Assembly (NCBI GenBank): GCA_040235515.1
Contig: JBECKX010000183.1
Coordinates: 1 to 23,557 of the forward strand
Reading direction: 5' to 3'
Length of the DNA stretch: 23,557 nt
From: Candidatus Zixiibacteriota bacterium
GTDB taxonomy: Bacteria > Zixibacteria > MSB-5A5 > CAIYYT01
This document shows positions 10,425-17,479 of the stretch, one piece after another. How positions within the stretch are numbered: the stretch's first letter is position 1; every line of letters begins with the position of its first letter. The position numbers and the translations under genes are program-made. The notes beneath the pieces are model-generated. The model saw nothing but the letters and a program-made list of their open reading frames with translations. It made no database searches and was not told the DNA's origin.

Positions 10425-12905
10425 ATGCGGAGGATGGGAGCTATTTTGTTCACACTGCTTATTGGGGTGACAATCAGTAGTGTACGTGGTGAGATAATCA
10501 TCAATGAAGTGATGAGCAACGAGCCGGGCGGGAACACGAATCTCGAGTGGGTAGAGTTGTTGAATCGAGGTGACACCGTTGCTGACCTGGGGACGTACCT
10601 GTTTGTGGAAGGGGGAGACACCACTCGGTTTGAAGCGTTATTGCTTGGGGCCGGCGAGTATGTGGTACTTGCCAGAAAGATAGTTGCAGAGCCGGAGACC
10701 GCCTCATTTGAGTCTTGGTGGGGTGATGGCAGTGGAGAGTGGGGTGACTCGGAAGCCGAGTCTTTCCCGGTTGTGGAGGTACCGATGTCACTGCGCAACT
10801 CGGATGATGAGGTAAGGTTGATCGATCTGTCCTCAGGCACAGAAGAGATCGTGAGCTGGACCACGGCGGCACCGGATGGAGTTAGTCTCGAACGACGCAA
10901 TCCGAGAATCGCTGCGGTGGCGGAGAATTTCGCCTACTGTCAGGCCGAAACCGGGGCCAGCCCCGGAGCAGCCAATTCAATTCTGGCGCCTGCATTTGAC
11001 CTGGGCCTGACCCTTGATAGCTTAGGTATATCCGTGGCGGATGGGACTCGCGGCAAAGTCGAAGTCTATCTGACTGTCGCGAATTGGGGCCGAGAGAGCA
11101 TTCCGGCAGGTGGTCTCCAGATAGTGCTCGACAGTGACCTGAGCAAGAGCATCACTCCAGCCGATTCACTCTGGGAGATCGCTGTGCCATCCCTGCTGCC
11201 GGGGGAGGAGCACGCGCAGTCGACGCAATTTGAGTGCGACAGCGGGCGTATCTCATTGTTGGGAAGCTTGCCGCCGGACGACAATCGGGGGAACAACGAA
11301 TTCGATACAACTTTTGCACTCGGTATCCGGTTTCGAGAACTGGTGATTAACGAGCTTCAACTCAATTCCGCCGCGGCCTTTGGAGGTGAGTGGCTCGAGC
11401 TTAAGAACATCGTTCCTTATCCGGTGAACACTGCTCGATTTCAGCTTGGTCCACCGGGCCTGGAGCTTGAGCTGGAGGACTCCGTGGCTGTGCTTCCCGG
11501 TGAAGTGGTCGTGATCTGTCAGGATTCCCACGCATTCATGGAGTATGCCGGGAGTGAGTGCTACGGCATTGAGTTGCGACCATGGGTTGGGCTTGATGAT
11601 GGTGGTGCCGTCTTGCGTCTCGTTAGCGATCTGAACACGATCTCGGACAGTGTCGAGTATCTGCCTGCCGTCGCGACGGGGGTAAGCTGGGAACGCGATG
11701 ATGACACTACCGGGGAGAGCTTTCTTGAGAGATACTATCCCGCGAGTGTCGCAGCTGGCGCAACGCCCTGCAACGAGAACAGTGAGCGGAACATTCCGCC
11801 TTTGCACGACCTTGCGTTGAATCCCGACTCGGTTCAGATCGAATACGTCAACGAACAGAAGAGCGTCGTTCGGCTTCGCTTCTTGGTGGAGAATCGCGGA
11901 TTGCTCGATGCATCGTCAGTTGTCGCTGAAGTCTTTGATGATCGCAACCTTGATGGTGAGTCAACGAGCAATGAGTTGGTCGGCACATTGTCGATTGTGC
12001 ATCTGCAGAGTATGGAGAACACGGGGCTGTGGTTGGATGTTGACCTGCATCCCGGCTACCACCAGCTTCTCATCCAGCTTCCGGCAGATGATCACCCGAA
12101 AGACAACCGGGCTGGCATAGCATGTAGCGCCGGTCCGATGACGGGTGAAGTCATCGTGACGGAGTATCTGGCGAATCCGGCGGATGAGGCGCATTGCGAA
12201 TGGGTTGAGTTGCAGAACCTATCCAACCGCGAAATCGACCTGAGTCAATGGCAGTTTGGTGACGCCGTACGCCTGCACACGATCGAGGAGAGTGTTTCGA
12301 TTGAGCCGGGTGAGTACTTGCTCCTGACGGCAGAGCCTGAGTGTGGCGACGGGTTGATCGGAGCGTGCCAGCGATCCACGCCGTCCGGTTGGAGTTCGCT
12401 GAACAACAGTGGGGATCTGATCAGATTAGTGGACAGGTATGGAGTTGTGTCTGATAGCTTCACATATTCGCTGACAGCGCCGGACAACCGCTCAATCGAA
12501 CTGAATCAGGATGAGTATGCGATCGGAACCCGCGCGTGGTACCCGGCAACCTCAGCGGAGTATTCTTCACCGTGCGAAGCGAACTCAGTGTCTGGTCGGG
12601 AAGAGCAGCCCATTGTGGTGGCGCTACCGCAGCGCGTGTTTTCACCTGGTCGGGGTGAGGGACTTGCGATTGAAATACTGTGTCCGCCCGCAACACCGCT
12701 CACGTTGGTTGTGTATGATCTCGCGGGCCGCAAGCACAGGGCGGTTGCCGAGCAACAGTTGTTCTCGAACGGGGTGTTGCAGTATCGTGGGGAGTCTGAT
12801 ATCACCGGGACTCTGCGTACGGGCGCCTATGTTCTGACAATCGAAGGAGGGGATGGAAATGATTTCGCTACGAAACTCGGTTTCGCCGTTGCGCCGCCAC
12901 GCTAA
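10425..12905 (+). CDS. Secreted protein: 3 lamin-tail (LTD) domains, 2 CARDB-like Ig domains and a T9SS-like C-terminal sorting domain
   Basis: AGGAGG SD (10410-10415) 9 nt before ATG 10425, then a signal peptide. LTD repeats IIINEVMSN..EWVELLN, LVINELQLN..EWLELKN, VIVTEYLAN..EWVELQN. CARDB-like DL...V.N.G...DD...N(N). C-terminal VFSPG...VYDLAGR...GAYVLTI. Strongly acidic. Confidence 0.8.
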   Translation: MRRMGAILFTLLIGVTISSVRGEIIINEVMSNEPGGNTNLEWVELLNRGDTVADLGTYLFVEGGDTTRFEALLLGAGEYVVLARKIVAEPETASFESWWGDGSGEWGDSEAESFPVVEVPMSLRNSDDEVRLIDLSSGTEEIVSWTTAAPDGVSLERRNPRIAAVAENFAYCQAETGASPGAANSILAPAFDLGLTLDSLGISVADGTRGKVEVYLTVANWGRESIPAGGLQIVLDSDLSKSITPADSLWEIAVPSLLPGEEHAQSTQFECDSGRISLLGSLPPDDNRGNNEFDTTFALGIRFRELVINELQLNSAAAFGGEWLELKNIVPYPVNTARFQLGPPGLELELEDSVAVLPGEVVVICQDSHAFMEYAGSECYGIELRPWVGLDDGGAVLRLVSDLNTISDSVEYLPAVATGVSWERDDDTTGESFLERYYPASVAAGATPCNENSERNIPPLHDLALNPDSVQIEYVNEQKSVVRLRFLVENRGLLDASSVVAEVFDDRNLDGESTSNELVGTLSIVHLQSMENTGLWLDVDLHPGYHQLLIQLPADDHPKDNRAGIACSAGPMTGEVIVTEYLANPADEAHCEWVELQNLSNREIDLSQWQFGDAVRLHTIEESVSIEPGEYLLLTAEPECGDGLIGACQRSTPSGWSSLNNSGDLIRLVDRYGVVSDSFTYSLTAPDNRSIELNQDEYAIGTRAWYPATSAEYSSPCEANSVSGREEQPIVVALPQRVFSPGRGEGLAIEILCPPATPLTLVVYDLAGRKHRAVAEQQLFSNGVLQYRGESDITGTLRTGAYVLTIEGGDGNDFATKLGFAVAPPR

Positions 12906-13728
12906 AGCTACAAGGGTGTTTTGCGCAGCCGCAGGAGTAATGCTTGCGATTGCTTTCAGCGAGGCTCAGTCCGCCTTCGAGTACGAACGTGGTTCATTGG
13001 GCTCATTTGCGCTCGGCGGAGGGATAGATTTGCAGGAGCCTGCTGCTCTTGATCTGCTATGCAACCCTGCACTCGAATTCGATCGACAACTTTCAGCGGA
13101 TGCCTGGGGCTCGCGCCTGTACAACATGTCGGAATATGAACTTGGTGCGGGGGCTATTGCACTGAATGTTGGATGCTTGACCTTCGGGGGAGCAGCCATC
13201 CAGCTTACCGGCTCGCAGTTTTATTGGGAGCGCGAATCGAGTGTAGTTTTTGCCGGACAGTTGATGGAGGGATTGCGCTGCGGGATGCGTCTCTACCGTC
13301 GTGAAATCGAGTTTGCTGAAGGCTACGGGCGGTTCAGCCTGACCGGGGTCTCGATCGGGGGTACTTACGGCGCCGGAACGCGACTCAAGTTGGGAGTCGC
13401 TATCGAGAACCTCAATCGTCCGCGCTATAGCGACGGAGATAACCCGGCACAAATTTCGGGCAGGGTTGATATCTGTTACCAGCTTCACTCGCGCGCCCGA
13501 GTGGTGATGCGACAGCAGTTCTCAGCCGCAGTAGCCGATCGCTTCAGCATCGGGCAGCGCATCGATCTCTTCGGTCAGGCAAGCCTGCTGGTCGGAGTTG
13601 GCACCAATCCCACAGAGTTGGGTGGAGGAGTCAGCTTCGATTTCCTTGGATTCAAGGTTGAATATGGTTATCGTGATAACGTATATCTGGGAGGTACCCA
13701 CCGGGTTGGTATGACCTGGTCACATTGA
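12859..13728 (+). CDS. PorP/SprF/PorV-like outer membrane beta-barrel (T9SS-associated)
   Basis: SFALGGG, LLCNPAL, GVAIENLNRP and C-terminal YGYRDNVYLGGTHRVGMTW match PorV/PorP-type barrels. The start is uncertain: ATG 12859 (AGGAGG SD), TTG 12889 or GTG 12916. Confidence 0.65.
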   Translation: MISLRNSVSPLRRHAKATRVFCAAAGVMLAIAFSEAQSAFEYERGSLGSFALGGGIDLQEPAALDLLCNPALEFDRQLSADAWGSRLYNMSEYELGAGAIALNVGCLTFGGAAIQLTGSQFYWERESSVVFAGQLMEGLRCGMRLYRREIEFAEGYGRFSLTGVSIGGTYGAGTRLKLGVAIENLNRPRYSDGDNPAQISGRVDICYQLHSRARVVMRQQFSAAVADRFSIGQRIDLFGQASLLVGVGTNPTELGGGVSFDFLGFKVEYGYRDNVYLGGTHRVGMTWSH

Positions 13729-13767
13729 AGTTACTTTACAAGCGACACAAGAACTGCAGCCAGCGCT

Positions 13768-14946
13768 ATGAAATACTTAATCAAGCGAGAAGAGTTAGAG
13801 AAGCAAGAGGAGCAGGTATTGGCCCCTTACGCCGCGTGGTCAGTCCGCTCGCGGGGGCGTCGATTTTCGGAAGCGGAGCATGCCTACCGCACCTGCTACC
13901 AGCGCGATCGTGATCGTGTGATCCATTCGGCGGCGTTTCGACGGTTGAAACAGAAAACCCAGGTGTTTGCGTCGCCCAATGACGATCACTTCCGCACGCG
14001 CCTGACCCATACGATGGAAGTGGCCCAGATTTCCCGTACGATCGCCCGTACGCTGCGGCTCAATGAAGACCTCGCCGAAACGATTGCGTTAGTTCATGAC
14101 CTAGGCCACACCCCCTTCGGACACGCAGGTGAGGATGCGATGCGCGCTATCTTCGCCGATGAAGGGGGATTCAACCATAATGCACAATCGTTGCGGGTAG
14201 TGGATGTAATCGAAGATCGCTATCCCGACTTTCGCGGCTTGAATCTTACTTATGAAGTGCGCGAGGGGATCGTCAAGCACGAAACGGACTACGATATGCC
14301 GGTTGGGAGCGATTTCGATGCTCACCTCCGCCCCTCGATGGAGAGTCAACTGGTCAATTACGCCGATGAGATCGCCTACAACGCGCACGATCTGGATGAC
14401 GGGATCTTTTCGGATATGCTTTCGCGGGATCAGATAGTTGACGTAGCGATAATCTCAAGGTTGCTCGAAAACGGCAAGCAGCAGATCGCGAAGCTCACCG
14501 GCAGAAAGCGACACTACTTCCTGATCCGGCAATTGATCAACTGGGCGGTTACCGACCTGGTGGAGAACACAGCCGCGCGAATGAGGGAGAATGGGATTGA
14601 GACCTACAGGCAGGTTACCGAGCATAAGGAGAATATCGTTCGCTTCTCGGAAGAGGCGGCGGCTGCCAATAAAGAATTAAAGAGCTTTCTGTATGAGCGG
14701 CTCTACCGCCACCCGCGGTTGGTTGAGATGAACGAACTGGCGGGCAGAATCATCCGTGATCTTTTTGAAGCATTCATGAATGACACCAGCCTGATGACCG
14801 AGAAGTTTCAGCGCCACCTGGGTGAAGAACCGCAGAAGCTGGTTGTGCGTGACTACATAGCCGGTATGACCGACCGATTTGCGCTCAGCGAGCACTACCG
14901 TATCATAGGGACGATCAATCCCGGTTCGATTCCCTCCAGAGTGTGA
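13768..14946 (+). CDS. dgt: Deoxyguanosinetriphosphate triphosphohydrolase (dGTPase, HD family)
   Basis: YQRDRDRVIHSAAFRRLKQKTQVF, RTRLTHTMEVAQI, HDLGHTPFGHAGE, ADEIAYNAHDLDDG, DYIAGMTDRFA. Confidence 0.95.
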   Translation: MKYLIKREELEKQEEQVLAPYAAWSVRSRGRRFSEAEHAYRTCYQRDRDRVIHSAAFRRLKQKTQVFASPNDDHFRTRLTHTMEVAQISRTIARTLRLNEDLAETIALVHDLGHTPFGHAGEDAMRAIFADEGGFNHNAQSLRVVDVIEDRYPDFRGLNLTYEVREGIVKHETDYDMPVGSDFDAHLRPSMESQLVNYADEIAYNAHDLDDGIFSDMLSRDQIVDVAIISRLLENGKQQIAKLTGRKRHYFLIRQLINWAVTDLVENTAARMRENGIETYRQVTEHKENIVRFSEEAAAANKELKSFLYERLYRHPRLVEMNELAGRIIRDLFEAFMNDTSLMTEKFQRHLGEEPQKLVVRDYIAGMTDRFALSEHYRIIGTINPGSIPSRV

Positions 14947-15063
14947 CCTTTGCGGCATAAAACCGGCTGTTATCCCGGTTTCACACTTTACTTCGACATC
15001 TCCGAATGCCCTGCAAACAATGTGAACTGCCGTGCAACTCTGCGAATCTGTTTCAGTTTGGAA

Positions 15064-15081
15064 TTGTGATTCCTCTCACAA
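15064..15081. promoter_or_regulatory. Palindromic transcription-factor site TTGTGA-N6-TCACAA (CRP/Rex-like; also TGT-N10-ACA enhancer form)
   Basis: TTGTGAttcctcTCACAA lies about 110 bp upstream of the sigma-54 -24 element. Confidence 0.65.
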
Positions 15082-15186
15082 GTGACCTCCCGCGCAACGG
15101 TTTAACTCTTTCGATTTCTTGGGCTTAACCTGTAGTCCGTGACCGACGCGGGCGAAGATAGTCCCATCTGTCATGGCGCATCACCC

Positions 15187-15202
15187 CGGCACGCCCCTTG
15201 CT
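15187..15202 (+). promoter_or_regulatory. Sigma-54 (RpoN) -24/-12 promoter
   Basis: CGGCACGCCCCTTGCT versus consensus TGGCACG-N4-TTGCW. GG (15188-89) and GC (15200-01) are separated by exactly 10 nt. An SD (GAGGAGG) and ATG 15236 follow. Confidence 0.8.
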
Positions 15203-15235
15203 TGTTATCGGTTAGAATCAACGAGGAGGGACCTG

Positions 15236-15628
15236 ATGGAGTGCTACTTTTACTCGCAGTTGAAAGGTAAGAATGAAGAAGGGCAGCATATCGCTATCCT
15301 CTCATTCACGATTCCCGATGTTGGAATAGTCTTCCGCACCAAGTTCTCCGGTATGCCGGAGGAGTGCGAGTACGCTTCACTTCTCACCCTGCTTGAGTTT
15401 GTGGAACTCAATCCACAGGTGTTTCAGGACAAGTGCATCGAGATTTACGGCGACAGCTTCACGGTCGTCAATCAGATAAATGAGAAAATGTTCTGCAGCA
15501 AGGCGCTGCAACCGTTCCGCAATATGGCCCTGTTGTTCAAGAACAAGTTCTCCTATTCGCTCAATTGGATTCCGACTACGGAGAACCCGGCGCAGTTCGG
15601 GTTGACTGCCGGACAGGCGGAAGCCTAG
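15236..15628 (+). CDS. Small RNase HI-fold protein, catalytically degenerate
   Basis: Strong SD GAGGAGG. EYASLL, IEIYGDSFTVVNQIN, LQPF and WIPTTENPA align by eye with RNase HI motifs (AEY, DSxLVVxQ, WxPRexNxxAD). The first DG motif and the last Asp are absent. Confidence 0.7.
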   Translation: MECYFYSQLKGKNEEGQHIAILSFTIPDVGIVFRTKFSGMPEECEYASLLTLLEFVELNPQVFQDKCIEIYGDSFTVVNQINEKMFCSKALQPFRNMALLFKNKFSYSLNWIPTTENPAQFGLTAGQAEA

Positions 15629-15629
15629 C

Positions 15630-15748
15630 GAAGCAAGTTCTTAAGAAGATTGTCCGGAGTCCCCGGCGTGGCGACCAACACGCCGAGAGAAGCTCCCGGA
15701 TGAGATAGATCTGCTTTCAGAGTGGAATTACGGAAACCCTCCCTGCGT
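15630..15748 (+). ncRNA. Candidate structured 3'-UTR RNA / sRNA
   Basis: Nested stems: CGGCGTG/CACGCCG (15664-70/15679-85, loop GCGACCAA), TCCGGAGT/GCTCCCGGA (15653-60/15692-700) and AAGCA/TGCTT (15631-35/15712-16). A C-rich CCCTCCCT tract follows, just before the terminator. No known family recognised. Confidence 0.45.
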
Positions 15749-15789
15749 TGAGGGGTGAGAGAAGAAGGTCTCGCCCCTCATTTTCTTTT
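15749..15789 (+). terminator. Rho-independent terminator
   Basis: 12-bp stem TGAGGGGTGAGA / TCTCGCCCCTCA (one U-G pair), 8-nt loop, followed by TTTTCTTTT. Confidence 0.88.
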
Positions 15790-15833
15790 AGCGCCAGATC
15801 GATCTCTGCCCGAGTCGTCCGAGAGCCAGACGA

Positions 15834-15862
15834 TTGACAAGCAGGCTAGAAAGTTCTACCAT
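15834..15862 (+). promoter_or_regulatory. Sigma-70 promoter of holA (leaderless)
   Basis: TTGACA (15834-39)-N17-TACCAT (15857-62). The ATG is 6 nt downstream with no SD, and the promoter follows a terminator. Confidence 0.75.
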
Positions 15863-15868
15863 CAATAC

Positions 15869-16882
15869 ATGGCAAAACTGAATTATCTGCGCGCGCTCGC
15901 GGAAGTGGAAAGCGGCAAGCTGGATCGATCCTACCTTCTCGTGGGTGAGGATTACTACCAGAGTTATCTGCTGACCGAGAGGATTGTTCAGCAGAAGCTT
16001 CCTGCTTCAGAGCGTTCCCTCAACAAACATTCGCTGCTGGCGAAGCAGGCCACGCCTGACAAACTGCAGGAGTTGCTCGCGGGGGTACCGATGTTCGGAG
16101 GAAACACGGTTGTGGTCGTTAATGATGTCGACAAGCTGGCAACCAGGTCACAGGAACTGCTGCCGCTGCTCCTGAAGGCGATCGACCACACAACGACCTT
16201 TGTTGGCTCGGCGAAAAAACTGGATGGGAGAAAGAAATTCAGTAAGAGCCTGGCGGAGGTATCTACGGTGGTAGAGATCAAGCCGCTCTACGATGACAAA
16301 GCTCCCGAATATGTGCGTGCGCGCTTCGCGGCTCGAAAAAAGCTTATTACTGCTGATGCGGCAGAGGAGTTCTGCAGGGTTGTCGGAAGCGACTGCGGCG
16401 ATATCGAGAATGAGGTAGAGAAGATCTCGATCGTGCATGCTGATAAGAGGGAGATCGAGAAAGCTGATATCGTTGCTTTTCTCTCGGGGAGCAGGTTCTA
16501 CAGCCAGTATGAGGTTGCCAATCATGTCGGCGACAAGAATCTGCGGCAAGCGCTGGCGGCTACACGGCAGTATCTCGAAAGCTCAGGTTCTTCCGGCAGG
16601 GGGCAGCTATTCTGGGCGTTTTACAATCAACTGGAGCGTATGCTGGTTTTCAAGGCGTTCTCGGGTCGCATGAGCGACAACGACATAGCCGGCAAACTCC
16701 GTATTCATCCGTTTTTTCTGCTGCAGTTGCGAAAACATGCTGCGAAGTATACGCCGAGGCAGCTATCCGACGGACTTCAGCGCGTTTATCAAGCCGAGGT
16801 CGAGGATCGATTCTCCGGGCTGGGTAAGGAGCAGATCTTCGAGAGAATGATTATCGAGATTATGAAGATTCAGGGGGAATAA
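15869..16882 (+). CDS. holA: DNA polymerase III subunit delta
   Basis: YLLVGEDYY, PMFGGNTVVVV, KKLDGRKKF, IENEVEKI, LRIHPFFL. About 337 aa from ATG 15869. Confidence 0.9.
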   Translation: MAKLNYLRALAEVESGKLDRSYLLVGEDYYQSYLLTERIVQQKLPASERSLNKHSLLAKQATPDKLQELLAGVPMFGGNTVVVVNDVDKLATRSQELLPLLLKAIDHTTTFVGSAKKLDGRKKFSKSLAEVSTVVEIKPLYDDKAPEYVRARFAARKKLITADAAEEFCRVVGSDCGDIENEVEKISIVHADKREIEKADIVAFLSGSRFYSQYEVANHVGDKNLRQALAATRQYLESSGSSGRGQLFWAFYNQLERMLVFKAFSGRMSDNDIAGKLRIHPFFLLQLRKHAAKYTPRQLSDGLQRVYQAEVEDRFSGLGKEQIFERMIIEIMKIQGE

Positions 16883-16900
16883 ACACTGCTTCCGCTGGTA
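16876..16900 (+). promoter_or_regulatory. Putative autoregulatory ECF-sigma promoter
   Basis: GGAAT (16876-80)-N17-GTA (16898-900), 6 nt before the GTG start of the ECF sigma gene. Resembles GGAA(C/T)-N17/18-GT(T/A/C) ECF promoters. Confidence 0.4.
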
Positions 16901-16906
16901 CTCACA

Positions 16907-17479
16907 GTGAGCGACGCCGAGCCGTCGAGTGACCTGGAATTGATCCAGAAGAGCAAACGGGGTGACAGCACCGCGTTCGGACAATTGGTGCGACGGTATC
17001 AGAAGCGTGTTTATGCGCTCTGTTTCCGGTTGAGTGGCTCACACGATATCGCTGATGACCTGACACAGGAGGCATTTATCAAGGCCTATGAGGCAATCGA
17101 GAGTTTCGATGAGAGCTATCCCTTCTACAGCTGGATCTCCAGAATCGCGACAAACAACGCAATCAACTTCATCAAACGGCAGAAGCGAAGCGTGGGGGGG
17201 GAAGAAGGAGAGATCGCCATTGAGAAGGAAGCTAGTTCGGGGTCCGGATCGAATCCGGAGATGGTGCTGAACCAGAAGGAGATCGACCGCCGCTACCTTG
17301 CGGCGCTGGAAAATCTCTCGGAAGAATTCCGGGTTGTATTTGTACTGAGGATGCATGAAGATCTTAGCTACGAGGAGATTGCAGCGCAATTAAAGCTCAG
17401 TCCGGGCACTGTAATGTCGCGATTGCATCGGGCGCGGCAGAAACTTATGGATGAGTTGAAAGATATATTAGAGAAGTGA
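16907..17479 (+). CDS. ECF RNA polymerase sigma factor (RpoE/SigW-like)
   Basis: GDSTAFGQLVRRYQ, ADDLTQEAFIKAY, FYSWISRIATN and region 4 LSYEEIAAQLKLSPGTVMSRLHRAR. Confidence 0.95.
   Translation: MSDAEPSSDLELIQKSKRGDSTAFGQLVRRYQKRVYALCFRLSGSHDIADDLTQEAFIKAYEAIESFDESYPFYSWISRIATNNAINFIKRQKRSVGGEEGEIAIEKEASSGSGSNPEMVLNQKEIDRRYLAALENLSEEFRVVFVLRMHEDLSYEEIAAQLKLSPGTVMSRLHRARQKLMDELKDILEK

Noticed and set aside
10392..10437. TTGACA hexamer and a 3x 9-bp imperfect repeat (GGAGGATGC/GGAAGATGC/GGAGGATGG)
   Set aside because: There is no -10 element at proper spacing. The repeat is short and explained by the SD plus the MRKMRRM N-terminus, so it is neither CRISPR nor a convincing phase-variable tract.
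13768..14946. dGTPase as an anti-phage defence gene
   Set aside because: The sequence and housekeeping context fit the ordinary Dgt family, and there are no defence-island neighbours.
14960..14981. AAACCGG-N8-CCGGTTT hairpin after dgt as a terminator
   Set aside because: The GC stem is short and the U-tract weak, so it is possible but not supportable.
15173..15235. N-terminal extension of the RNase H-like ORF
   Set aside because: It overlaps the sigma-54 promoter, and a strong SD supports ATG 15236.
15629..15703. Stop-codon read-through or recoding (SECIS/PYLIS-like) of the RNase H-like TAG into the hairpin region
   Set aside because: The frame stays open for only 24 unremarkable codons, other genes here use TAG as a normal stop, and there is no supporting machinery in the window.
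15236..15789. Retron-like system (RNase H + ncRNA)
   Set aside because: There is no reverse transcriptase in the window and no msr-msd flanking inverted-repeat arrangement is recognisable.
15755..15868. N-terminal extension of holA given by the ORF track
   Set aside because: It runs through a terminator and a consensus promoter, and HolA similarity starts at ATG 15869.
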